From: Octopus sinensis
Lineage: Eukaryota
Assembly (NCBI RefSeq): GCF_006345805.1
Contig: NC_042997.1
Coordinates: forward strand, 171,058,001-171,122,000
DNA length: 64,000 nucleotides
Direction of reading: 5' to 3'
Part shown: positions 35,701 to 50,133 of the stretch, one piece after another
Layout of the letters: each line of letters opens with the position of its first letter
How positions within the stretch are numbered: the first letter of the stretch is position 1
Position numbers and translations under genes: made by a program
The notes under the pieces: model-generated
Databases searched by the model: none
Told to the model about the DNA's origin: nothing
Seen by the model: the letters and a program-made list of their open reading frames with translations, nothing else

Positions 35701-38700
35701 ATGCCGTAGTCTGGCTGGCTAGAAACCACGAGCAAATCCAATAATCACACCCTCCAATCTGTATAACAATACAAAGGATATCAAGAATTCCAAAACGATT
35801 TGACACGTTTCCCATCTTAACACAAAATATACAAGAAAAAATAATTTAACAACAATAACAACATTATATCTTAATTGTAACCCCCAAATATCCCGACAAC
35901 CAAGCTTGGTCGCAGTACGGCGTCTAAGAAAATGAATTCTTCCGCGACCTCAAAACAGTGACACCCAAGTTTTGTGAAAGTGGCTTGTTATAATCGAAGA
36001 CCGCATATTACACACATAAGTACGATTTACCAGTTGTAGTCAGATGGTATGGTTACGTGCTATGCAATCGTACATCAAGTAAATCTCCTAAGCAATAAAT
36101 AGTAGCAAAATTTCTTCAAAATACACCCGACCATCTTAAGAAAGGGGAAGGACCAAATTCGCCATGATAACGGGGTCATGGCCGGAATATTGTTCTGATC
36201 AGACAGAGCGAACCTGGAGCTAAACAAGAGAACCAACCAGATTTTAAATATATTAATTAATGTAGTTTCAACTAACCCAGCAAAAACACAAAGTGGACGA
36301 CACTCAGTTCGAAAGTTAATGTTATTGTTTTGTTTAATATTAAAAAAAAATCTTATCAGCTAAATCCTTCCGTTGGATTAAGTTACCTTTAAATGTAAGA
36401 TATATGAAAGGAACCGGAGCAAGGATACAAAATGCGTCTGTATGAATATGTGTATTGTATACGAGTATGTGCATATAAGTAGGGTCCACGAGTATGCTGT
36501 GTATATATGCTGTTCTTCTTCGATAAAGAAACCACGTGTGGGGCGTGGGGAGGAAACGGCCAGATAAAAAAAACCCTTTCAGTCAAAAACTTTCGCGCAG
36601 ATGACTCATTTTGCTCATATTTTTTTTAATACTTCGATCTTCTGATTTATCACCTGTATTGTTTATATATTGTTGTCAGACGGACAGTTCACAAAGGAGG
36701 GTGGGCCTCCATCAAATAGAATTAGAAACTTTTTCTATTGTTTAGTTCAGTATTGAACCAATATCGTTCGTTATTTTCGTTGTAATCGGTATAACAAAAA
36801 AAACAGCAGTCATTCAATTAACAGCTTTTATATCATCATTAAGTCATTCACATCTACCATATCTCTTTTGTTTATTTATTTTGTAAAACTAGCGAGGAAC
36901 ATAGTTTCAACTGCATATACATAAACACACACACAAACTACATAGAATAAACTCCAGATTAAATAATGGCTTTCGGGATTAACAACAAATATAAATACAA
37001 TACTGTTCTACTTGTTTAGTTTTAGTAAAATACTCAACTGTGTACCATCAAAAAGCGATGAATTAAATATACTTCGTTAAAATTGAATGATTTTACATGG
37101 TTGTCGAGTATACAACGCATTACAGTGTCTGGGGTGGGTTTCTTTTTCCTACATTAAAAATAAATTAGTAGTTTATATTAGATCTAACAGACTTTTGGCA
37201 GTCCGTTTAATCGAGTACATAAGTGTGTGTGTCGCTTCGAGGATGAGCTTCAATATCATATTTATCACATATTTTCCAAATTTAAGGGGAGTGAGAGGAG
37301 AGAAACGAAAGTCTTAGCAAAAGGGAAAAAGAAAAAAAAGAAAACCTTTCATCTAAATTTTCGAGCATATAATGGTGATGATGACAAGCATAAATATGTT
37401 ATAGTAATCGGACATGCTCCATCAAATGTAAAACTAAAAATAAAATAGAAACATCTTATTGGCAGACAAAACAATGCAAGAGAGCCTCCAGGTGGACGCT
37501 GGCCAGGGTTAAATAAGAATAACCACTTAATGACACGAAAAAAATAATAAAAACGGACAAAATATACAACGTTCTGAACAACAGGGAAGAGACAGACAGA
37601 CTCGCGATGCTATTTATTTAGATATTCATTCATAATTATCACCTTCTTCTCCCTCTGAACGAGATACAGTACTTAACTCTACTTAGCAAAGGCTCTTCAT
37701 ACCTATTTTTAGTAATTATATAAATTAACACACACACACACACACACTCACGCTTACATCTAACTCCATCTTGATAAGTACAGGGTGCGGCCAAAATAAC
37801 CTCAGATTCATCATTCTTGATAAACATTTTGCAATAGCAAACGTACGGTGGTGCACCGGTTCAAACCTTGATGGTAAAACAGAAAACGGTAAACCACTAG
37901 CAACCATTACCACCTGCCTAGCCTTACTAGCGTCACACCAATGGCCGTAAAAACTATGGGAGGCTTCTCTGCTGCACCCATACCATATTAATTATTAATT
38001 AACACACATTATATACATAACAATCTTGTTGTTTTTGTTTAGACTATATCTGTTGTAATCGATTAAACCTATGGTCAAAGGTCATCCCAATGTGTCCTTT
38101 TTCCATGGCGCTAGGTCTGTGATTTGAGGGAGCTTCGTTATTTGATTGTTACTGCTAGTAGTAAGTCGAGCGATCCGATCCCATAAATGCTCGATCGTTC
38201 ATTTAACACACGTGTAGAAATGAAAGGTACAACAATATATATACCTACACACATGCATATATATATATATATATAGTTTGCTATTGCATACATAGGCCAC
38301 AGAAAACGAATAGAATACAAAAAGGAACTTAGAAAAAAAATTAAAACTAAAATTAAGAATACAATGTGAAGAAAGAGGAGAATCGGTAGAATGGTTTTTG
38401 CTAAAATAAAATAAAGAATGGGAAAGCTTGGCTGGAATAAAGAGAGAAAAACTGTTTAGCCAGAAGGTGACTGTAGTTAATATGAATGTATCCATACATT
38501 CTGGAATGCTGGCTGTACAGCGACTAAAGTATTTGTATTGTGTATATATGCTGTGTGTATTTGGAGACTAGAGAGAAGTGTAGTGAATATACGATGTATA
38601 TGTGCAAACAGAATGTGTCTGTAAAAATAAGCAAGAGTATGTATGTACACAAACTAGTTAAGTATACAAAGTAATGGATCGATTGAATGCGTGTATGCAC

Positions 38701-41700
38701 AACTAAAAGTGGTGCAGGTATCAAAATATTTATCGTTATTTGGAAGTGTGTGTGTGCGTGTATGTAGAAGCAGATACATAAGATGGGAGTGCGTGAGTAA
38801 AATAGCCAAAGTTGTTTAGCCCCGTGTCAGACAAGACTGAGCACACCTATAATTAAGAGTTCCAGACATGACCAATATGTCTTTCCAAACAACAGCATAT
38901 ATTGGGCATATTCCAATGTGTGTGTCCGTTAATTAAGACGGTATCGAGTGTGCTTTGAAGGGATTTGGTTGTTATTTCTGTTAAGTGGATGACTACATCA
39001 AATCCCGTTGCTTCGCTAGGTGCGTGTGTAGCTCACGTAAAAATACTTAGATCAACGTAGAGATAGTCAAAGAAAAGATTTATATACACGGATATGAATA
39101 CAGATTACATACAGACATATTTTGCGTGCAATGGAATGATTTTTTCGAACCGATTATGCAAATATGACAAACAACACACACGCATAAGTGCGTCGATTGT
39201 GGTAATCAATTTATAAATAAAAGTAATACACTAAAACAACTCGGTGAGGCAGACTGAAACAATGAAAAATCTACAGTCAGAATGTAGTCATAGATGTGTG
39301 TGTTTTGAGAAAAACAGAAAAACTGGGTGTGTAAACAGCGTTAAGCTCAGAATTACAGATTAAGAAGCATGGGTGGCAATAAGGAGAGGAAGAGGAAAAA
39401 AGTGTGGAGAAGAAAATATTTCAAGACGTTGCCAAAAACGATATCCAACCCAAACAGATTTTGATTGTCGACGAATGAACAGTTTCTACTCAGACATAGA
39501 GATAAATATAACAAGAACCGAAACATACAGATATACTATACACTTTTATTTTCAAGTGTTATTAACAACTTGCAAAATGTTTCATCAGGAGCGAAGGGAA
39601 ATCCTTAGAATAGAGCCTACTATACTGAGAGTATAAGCTTGCAACGAACTATACACGAAAAATTACAAGTAACCGTCAAACGCATACTCTTTTTGTACGA
39701 TAGGCAAACACCTTAGCCACAAGAACACCTGTAATACACACACAGAAAGAACAAGTATGGCCTAGTGGTTAAGAAATTCGTTATGATACCACGTGGTCCT
39801 TGGTTCTACCCGACTGCGTGCTATCCTGGGTAAAATGCCTTTCTATTATAGCCTCAACTTGACCAACATTTTGCGAATGGAATTAGATACACGGGCTATA
39901 CAAAAGCCTTCATACACACACGCACATATATATATGAATACCTGACAGTTTGCTTCAACGCTTATGAATTTTTTTCTGAAGGGGTTAAAACAAAAGCATA
40001 TGTATGGAAATAATTGCACAGCTGCCAGGGCTATATTTATATAATTTTATTCACTCTACCTTGTGCTGAGCCCTTTTTTATATTTAGCTTTCTAGGATGC
40101 ATTTCACGAACCACTTTACACACACACACAATACTTGTCGGAGTTTGTTTATTACGGTATATACCCACACAATATATGTATACACATATACACTCTCTAT
40201 ATAAATACGTATAATCTCTTTCTATACACATATATATAGTGGGATATACAAACACACAGAGATAATGACAACGAATTAAACTAAGACACCGCATTATTTA
40301 TACACAACTATAATACGATGGCATACATATTTTGATGGTTACAGTTCACTATTTTAGTACAGCTTCATCTGTATTTCTTTACATCGTTAGCATAAGGAGA
40401 TGATAAGAGAAGGGATCACACATACACACAAACTGAGATAAGCATCGATACTGTAGTTCGTTCTTTTGAAGTTTATATTTTATATAACGTCCTACAAAAA
40501 GAGGAAGACGAGAGTGATAGAGAGAGAGAGAGAGAGAGGGGAAGTATCTATCCTCCAATAACAATACTACATAATACTTAACATCTTTCTCTTCCCCTGT
40601 CAAATCCCTTCTCTAATTAATCACTAATTGATTTATTTATGTCATCAGGGAAGCGTAGGTCTTAAAAAAAAAACAACAAAAGTTCTCCTTTCTCTTTTTG
40701 TAGAGGATACAAAGGCTCTCGAGCGGCGGGGAGGAAGGAAGTAAGATCTTGATAAAGGTTGGATGAATCAATAATGGGAGACACATAATACCACAAGATC
40801 TACTACACACGGTCGGCATTACAACACGGTACAAATACGACACAATACGGCGTAAACAGAAAAGAGAGATATGGAGTGTTATTGTCGAAAGTAGTAGATA
40901 ACGGAAATATAATATATAAATAGTTTCTTTATTCGCTACAAGAAGCACAAACAATATTAGTTAAATCGCCGTTACCGCCTTCTTATAAACAATGAAGACG
41001 AAACCTTTTAGAATAAAGAAGATGCAATACCGTGACATTTGTCTTTCTCCAAAGGGCAGTAACGATGACGTGAAATGAAATAGTTCCAAACGAGAATCGA
41101 AACTGGGTCGCGGAACTCGTTTTCTCCAGGAACTTACGATCGCCGAAAAAATAACAAGAGATTTATTATATTTAGAAGCATGGGAGGATGGGAGGGACTT
41201 TGATGTTTTTTTTTTATACCTTTCATGAAAACATTAACGATGCAAAGATAAAATAAACATACATACTCCACTTGGGAACGAAAAACGAATGGGATGCGGA
41301 GGAAAAGTCGATAAAACGACCCCGCACCCACTCTGCAATGGCAGAATCGAATCCAACATTATCAAAACAACCACTAGCATTGGAGTGATTTGAACTTTGA
41401 ATAGTTTAGTCGATTGAGATGTCTAACAAAAAATTCTTACTTGGAATGTCTTTTAATAAATGGTAAAAGAGTGGGGCTTGGCTGAGCGCTGAGTAACAAA
41501 ACACTATCACTAGAAATATAAGTAAAACCGATCCAACAACTCGGTTTTCGGTGAAAGCGACATTGTTAATAGACTACTACTAATAATAACAACAGTGCAT
41601 ATCACCGACCGAACTAAATATTGTAATGCCAGCGAGATCGGTTGTACCATCTGCGCCATAATCACAAGAATTAAAAGTAGGAAAATACATATATAAACAC

Positions 41701-42134
41701 ACACAAAGATTGCTATGTGCAATGGAGGTGGTTTTTAGACATGGAGAGAAAGAAAGGCAGAGAGGTAAGGAGAAATGTGGTCGGTGAGTAGATGAGGGTA
41801 TATGTATGTGTGTGTGTGTGTGTATGGGAAGGTCAGCGCTCCATTAAGTGTAGAAGGAATCGGTAGAGAAAAGATAAAACAAAGAAGCAAGGCAGCTAGC
41901 CAACAACCAACCAACCAACCAACTAGCCAGCCAACCAACCAGCTAGCCAGCCAACCAGAGCCATACACACTCAGACAACTGCTTCACTAGTTCAAGTTTT
42001 AAGTACACAGGACGACAAAAAATATACATAATCACATATAGACGAACTACATACATACACACGCACACAGTGCATACACAAAACAAAAAATCTGATCAAG
42101 TAGCGTGTAAGTGTATGCGTATGTAACGTGTGTG

Positions 42135-42176
<42 letters not shown>

Positions 42177-43833
42177 CACACCACACATTCGCACAAAAAT
42201 AAACCATAGATTCTTACTACCGTTTTATTAGTAATAGTCGTAATTATCGTTAACAATAAGAGGTTTCCTACATTGAAACGAAACATGAGATGGAGTAGAG
42301 GGGAAAGAATCTAAGGTGGCGGTGTTCATGCCATGCCTACAGGTCATTATTATTATTACGACGTGTAGCTGGTTCCGAGTGGGTTATATATATTACCATA
42401 TATATATATATATATATATAAAACGGTGCTAATAATAATCATAACGGTGAAGGTGGGGGGTGTTGTTGAGGACAGGAAACATTGTTAGAGGTCTGTATCG
42501 GGGTAAATAAAACAAGAGCTAATTATAATCATCAATCGCTATCATCATCAATATTATTATTATGTTGATTCAGAGTTCATACATAACACAAAAGAATATA
42601 CACCGCGAAAGACGATGTATGAGTGTATATAATACGTACCTATGTATATATATATATATATAGGTATGTACGTATAGATGCGTGTGTGTGTATGTAGAAA
42701 TAGATACACAGATCGATAATAGATAGAAATAGACGTAAAGATAGGCATCTAGGTAGTCAGAAAGTTAGATGCATAGAGAGAAAGAGAAGAATATAAAAAC
42801 AGGCGGATACAAAGAATATGGAAGTAACAAGGTAGTCGGATGGCTAAATAGATGTATAACCGGATAGATGTGTGTATGTATGAGTCTTAAGAAAGAACCA
42901 AATGCTTCATATGAGATCGAGATGTTTGTGATTAAAGTTTTGTTGTTATTGTTATAAGATTCCCGTTTAATGTGCATTTAATAAACAGCCTCCACCAAGA
43001 AGGCATCAACACAAAAAGTCGTTGGTTGTTGATTGTAAAAAAGAAAAGACACGAAAACAACGGCTTTAAAACATAAAGAGACACATACACCGTATCATAT
43101 ATGGTTCTACACATATACCCATATATAACATATACACATATCTAACACTACACATACAATATAGACTACTTAATTCGTTTCATCACGCCACATACTATAG
43201 TATATATATATGTGTGTGTGTATACACATCACTTTTCGCATATACAAGAACATACTACATACATACATACAATACATTACACACAAATGACACACTATGA
43301 AACAACGGCGGAATCTCTACGTGACTGCTCGATATGCTAGAAATAGCAGTCAATCTCACTCTGATCCACACACTACCATCTTATAAAAAGACGGGATGGC
43401 CACAGCTGAGATGTTTGTGACGAAAGGTCTGTCTGCTCGATCAGACTTGACCTGGGGCTAAACAATTACATACCACACTGGGCAGGACTGTATAGACGTG
43501 CAAAATACTTTACACACACACACACTCGCGCGCGCGTACACCTCGCACATATAAATATAAAATATACACTAACACAGCGAATTATGCTCAAACAGTACAA
43601 AAGACTACGCCACATCCATATATATGTATATGTACATATTTATTAGTAGTGGGATAAGGAAAGAAGGACGAGATGGGAGAACAAGAGGACATCGTAATTG
43701 AACATTAAGATAGAAAGAACCACAGGAGCTGCTTATAACTAAAAAAAAGACAAGGGAAAGACACAGAACACACATCGAATAAAAGCTTGTAGAAACATCT
43801 TAAATACTCGCTAGACAAAAATAATATATAAGT

Positions 43834-43869
<36 letters not shown>

Positions 43870-44251
43870 TATATCTAAAGATTCCTTACACCAACGGTAG
43901 GTATATATATACGAGGACGATTGCTCATAGTTTTGAAGAACAAAAGAAAGAAACCAAAAGCGACAAAGAACAAGAGAACATGGCACTTAAACAGAATGTA
44001 GAAGAGAAAGACACGAAGCTTTTATATGCAGGAATGAGATTTTTAGGTTTAATGTGTGTAGAATAAGAACGGACGAGAATGAACTTGGAGTTTAGAAACA
44101 ATTCCAACAAAGAAAAGGAAAAAGCTTGCTCGTAGAAGATCATTATATACTGTATATATATGATAATATTTATATCAATTTTTACACACACGTAGAGGGG
44201 TAGGTCAATGATCTTCAGCTTTCTCTTCATATAAGTACCATATATATATAT

Positions 44252-44297
<46 letters not shown>

Positions 44298-44859
44298 CAT
44301 GTATTCGTATATTGCATATATATATATATATAATATATATATATAGGGTGGTGGATAGAAGAAACGAGGATAACATACTTATGGTGTTAATAAGTATATA
44401 CAGATATATGTAAGTCCGATATACATACGTACATATGCATTATATATACATACATATATATAGATGTGGGTATATATGTATATATACGTGTGGGTATATA
44501 TTTACACACATATATATATTTATATATATATACACACATTAGTATATATATACGTATCTATGTATATTCATGTGCTTCTATATATACATATATATGTGTA
44601 TATACATTTTATATATACATGTATATATACATATATATGTGTGTGTAAATATATATATAATTAATTAAAAAGGCTCGGTAGTTCTACAGAAGATTCGAGG
44701 AGGAGACTTTTAAAAAAGAAGACAAGGAAGAGAGCTGACTACAAACCTGTGCAGTAACGTGTCCGACAACTTGTCAAATGGCTCTTCCTCCAACTAATAC
44801 TACACCCCCTCGTCATAGACTCTACAATTCTGATAATACATACAAACAGTTAAACGGAG

Positions 44860-44925
44860 ATGATGTTGATGATGATGATGATCATGATGATGATGATGAT
44901 GATAGGAATGATGATAATGATGATA
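44860..44925. repeat. (GAT)n microsatellite
   Basis: Direct reading. Confidence 0.9.
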
Positions 44926-45156
44926 ATGGTTTAATAATTGGTGATCATATTTAATCTCTCTTTTTTTTTAATTTTTGAAATAAAATTTATTATATTTTTA
45001 TGTTTTTAGTTAAGTTATATTTTTTAGTTTTCGTGAATTTTACTTTTTTTTGCTAAATAACACCCAATATAAACATGTATCTTATCTTTTACTTTGTTTA
45101 TTTTTTTTCTATTGAGGATAAATAATGCGTACAAAAAGTATGTGTGCGTGTGAATA

Positions 45157-45173
45157 TAGATAGATAGATAAAG

Positions 45174-45255
<82 letters not shown>

Positions 45256-45265
45256 AAAGACAGAC

Positions 45266-45348
<83 letters not shown>

Positions 45349-45404
45349 GATACAGACAGACAGATAAATAGATAGATAGATAGATACATACATACATACA
45401 TAGG

Positions 45405-45488
<84 letters not shown>
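45157..45488. repeat. long compound (GATA)n microsatellite
   Basis: Direct reading; source of the 131-185 aa YLSI ORFs. Confidence 0.95.
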
Positions 45489-46070
45489 GAAGGAACTTCG
45501 ACAAACACCGGTGTCGAATAAATGAAATACGCTAGTTTTTATGTATAGGTAGTCTAAATTATTAACTGAGGAAGTACTCAATACATATACGTTCGGAGGA
45601 ATGCTAATAGCTACGCATTTTAATTAGTTTTATGATATATATATATATATATATAAGATTAATCAGCCGAAATTACTACGATGATCCGGTTCTTGACTGA
45701 AGACTGAGGGGTTCGAATGTCCTGTCCATGTTTATTGTATCGTCTTCTATGAGTTATACGTTCTTGTCCATGTTGTATTTTTCTACATACCTTAATATAT
45801 ATATATATATATATACGCATACATATATATGTATTATTAATATTTATTTTTTACATTTATATATATAAATATTTACGCACGCGCACATACCTGTATAATG
45901 TACGAACGATATATGTGTTTGTGTGTGTATACATGAATATGAGTATGTATGTATGTATGTATGTATGTATGTTTGTGTGTGTGTATGTATGTATGTGTGT
46001 GTATACATGCATGCTGAAGAAATTGTTCGCTACCTCGTGAGTGCCGCCAGTTATTGGGACAGCTCAATTT

Positions 46071-46101
<31 letters not shown>

Positions 46102-46477
46102 TTGGGTTTCTTTGGGAGTTTTTCCTGTTTGAATTGTTTACTTACTTTCTGATTTGTTTATTTACTTTCTGTCGTTTACTTTGTACCTTTATTTTTGTGC
46201 TGCTATTCTCGTGTGCTTCTGTTATTTACTCTTATTGTTATAATTATCGTTTTAATTTAATTTTATTTATTACACCATCATATCCCCCCATCATCGTCCC
46301 TGCCATAGCCCGGTATAAACTATTTTCGAATATTTATTGGTAGATAACATTGTAATGGCACTAGAGTAGGGTGTAGGCTAGTAAATGGTACTCGGACTGG
46401 AAACAAATCGTAGTTACTCGCATTTTTTCTTTTCAGTGATGCGTGTATGTGTGTGTGTGTGTTATATATGTAGTTAG

Positions 46478-46711
<234 letters not shown>

Positions 46712-47348
46712 AGGGAGAAAGATAGAAACATAGACACATGCATTAAATAGTTAATTAGTTATCTGCCCGCACACACGAATATGTATAATCTATATGTATG
46801 CGTATATGTGTGTATAAATGTGTGCACAAATCACGTATATACATACACACACACACACACACTATTTTACTAGTTTCAGCCAACAGGGCCTGCATACACG
46901 CTCACATACGTACGTACGTATGTATATGTATGTTCGTATATATTGTACGAATGAATGAGATTTTATTGTTTGTTGTTCATTATCGCGACGTATATTCTAA
47001 CTGTCTGTCTGTCTCTTTCTTTCTCTCTTTCTCTCTATCTCCACCTCCGTATATCTGAAAGTCTCTTATTGGAGTGTAAGGTGTTTGACATTGTCGATCG
47101 TGCTACTAATGTGCTTTTGCTTTGTTGGTAACGCGTCGTTTGTGGTCCCACTTTCAGCCAGCCACTCTGACACCACCATACATACATTGCCGTTCGAAAA
47201 AGGTGTGAGCATTTTACACTACTCACGTGTCTGTGTATGAATAAACACGTACGTACATACACACATACATACATACATACATACATACATACATACATAC
47301 ATACATACATACATACACACATATATATATATATAGATAGATAGATAG

Positions 47349-47458
47349 ATAGATATACACATATATATTTCTGTGGTGTGTGTAGTTATATATATATATA
47401 AATATAACTACACACACCACAGAAATATATATGTGTATATCTATATATATATATATAT

Positions 47459-47499
<41 letters not shown>

Positions 47500-47507
47500 T
47501 GTGTGTG

Positions 47508-47538
<31 letters not shown>

Positions 47539-47638
47539 TTGTGTGTGTGTGTTCACGTGCGTACTTTTTTTAATGTGAATTTGTGTGCACGCAACTATTT
47601 GCGTATGTACGCTTGCTTTGGTATGTACACACACACAC

Positions 47639-47677
<39 letters not shown>

Positions 47678-47776
47678 CTACACACACCACAGAAATATAT
47701 ATGTGTATATCTATATATATATATATATATAGATAGATATAGATATGCACATATATATTTCTGTGGTGTGTGTAGT

Positions 47777-47807
<31 letters not shown>

Positions 47808-47943
47808 ATATGTGTGTGTGTGTGGTGTGTGTGTGTGTACATACCAAAGCAAGCGTACATACGCAAATAGTTGCGTGCACACAAATTCACATTAAAAAAA
47901 GTACGCACGTGAACACACTCACTCACACACACACGCACACACA
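47349..47943. repeat. nested fold-back palindromes
   Basis: Palindrome 47349-47444; larger palindrome ~47510-47943 centred on (TA)n at ~47712-47730, with unique ~90-bp arms (47551-47640 versus 47830-47914). Confidence 0.9.
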
Positions 47944-48167
47944 TTTAATATACTGAATATGTTTACGTAGTTTGGTTCTAGCCTAAGTTCCTCTAATCTT
48001 GACCAGTCCTCTTTCTCTCAAACGTTATTTTATTTAAGACATTGAATAATTAGTGTGTTTTTTTAGAAGACCTTAAGGGGGTGATTGGAGGAAAAAAATC
48101 TAGGCTGTTATTTCTAGTAGGTCGCACTACCGCGAAGGGAGCTTCCACCGTTTATATATGTGACGTG

Positions 48168-48207
<40 letters not shown>

Positions 48208-48647
48208 ACGTGTTGTGTTTGTACGTTTGTATGTTTTGTGTGTGTTTGTGTGTGCGCATGTATCTGGTTACATGGAAAAGTGTGAGATTTATGTTTGCAG
48301 ATTGTGTACATAAAAAAGAAACAAAACAAGTGGTGTAGTGATTATTTGGGTAGGCAGGGGTGGGGTGTGGTGGGGTGGGGGGGGAACGAGTTCATATAAC
48401 TAAAAAGCAGTAAACAATAATTTCTTTCTATTCAGATTTACTATTAAAAAAGAAAAAAAAAATTAATAAATAAAGCATGCTGTCACGTTTAATCTTTTTT
48501 TTTCCTTTGGTGATATAAACTGTATAAAGAGATATGAATTTTGCCTGTTACTGTTGATTCCGAAACTAGGCTTACGTTCCCGGCTCGTCTGGAACCTCTC
48601 TCTTTCTCTCTCTTTTTATCTTCCTTTCTTTCTTTCTTTCTGCCCCA

Positions 48648-48718
<71 letters not shown>
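48648..48718. repeat. (CT)n microsatellite
   Basis: Direct reading. Confidence 0.95.
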
Positions 48719-48721
<3 letters not shown>

Positions 48722-49324
48722 GCACGCCATTAAAACGGTTTATTATATAAACAAACACAATTCCTTGATTTATTATTGGTTGCATAGAAATTGTAAATTA
48801 TGAATGGTCATCATACAAATTTTAAATTTGGTTCTGTGCATTTACACTTCTACTGCATAGGAACGTTAATGATATTTCGGCGTATTTCTTTTCTCCCGTC
48901 AAACAAAAACCGTTTCGTTACTGGGAGCAGAATATAAATTATAAGATTGGTATTTCTTTATTATGTTGGGGTTTGTATGTTGTATGTGTGTGTGTATTTC
49001 ATAACTGCTGCGCCAGAAAGACTGAAGTTCGATCCGATGGGATTCGAACTCAAATTGGTTACTTGTAGAAGCATTTATTTGGACTTTCATTCCTTCGAAG
49101 AAGGGTTATCTTGCCTGAAACGTCTCTGCTAAACTCTCCACACGGTAACACACGCGTGTTTTATTTTAGAGATCGTAATTTTCTATAGGTAAACGTTGTA
49201 AACGTCTTATGTTTGTTGTTTTGCGTCAGGTAAGGCCTAGTAATGTTTTATATGGTGGCTGTTTGTTAACGCTAATGTCTGTTTTCGATTAGAGAAAGGA
49301 GGAATAAAACAGATAGTCAAACAA

Positions 49325-49384
<60 letters not shown>

Positions 49385-49421
49385 ACAAGTGGTTTGGTAG
49401 ATAGATAAATAGTGACAGACT

Positions 49422-49512
<91 letters not shown>
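49325..49512. repeat. two (GATA)n tracts
   Basis: Direct reading. Confidence 0.95.
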
Positions 49513-49515
<3 letters not shown>

Positions 49516-50039
49516 AAAATAAATAGGTAGATCTAATATATAGGACGTTCAATGAGTATATGTATATAAGGTAGTCAAAAAGCGCTCAATAGAAACGGGT
49601 ATGCAGGGTATTTACCAGGAACCTGTTACTATTTGAGAAAAATAAAGAAGTACCTAATTAAAGAAAAACAATCCTATACTATAAGTGATAGATATGGTTG
49701 TGTAGCCGTGTGTGTATAAAAGCGAGTTGTCTAACACAATATATCATTGAAAATTATCTTCCGCATTCAGTGAGTTTTGGTGATACTTGATAATATCGAA
49801 ATATATATTTTTTACGTATATTATTACCTGATGGCCCGACTTGGCTCTTTCTCCCACCCCACCACATACGCCGGTGTAATTGAATACGTAGTGTGAATAT
49901 CATTTCTGTAAACAACTATTTCAGATAAGGCAAAAGATGAGATTATTGTTAACCGTCATAACTTTCTCAAGGACATAAATAAAAGTACGTGATGTGAAAA
50001 AGCTGAGACTGGGAATCGAAACAAGAAACTTTTTGGCCA

Positions 50040-50133
50040 AGGTAAAGAATACGCACACCCGGTGTTTAGAGTTAGGGGTTAGAGCTAGGGTTAGGATTAC
50101 GCCGAAAACGGGTGGTACGCGTATTCTTTACCT
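50040..50133. mobile_element. 94-bp inverted-repeat mini-element enclosing degenerate TTAGGG repeats
   Basis: Perfect 15-bp IR AGGTAAAGAATACGC / GCGTATTCTTTACCT, extended by ACCCG/CGGGT; interior TTAGAG TTAGGG GTTAGAG CTAGGG TTAGGA; no TSD seen. Confidence 0.6.

Noticed and set aside
37757-37980. Minus-strand ORFs ending at a GTAAGC donor and a Tc1-like TACAGGGTG motif
   Set aside because: No frame is convincingly coding and no second TIR was found.
45024-45581. 185-aa ORF, the longest in the track, and similar YLSI/MYVC/HTYI/IYIY ORFs elsewhere
   Set aside because: Pure translations of (GATA)n, (TATG)n, (TA)n and (CA)n microsatellites.
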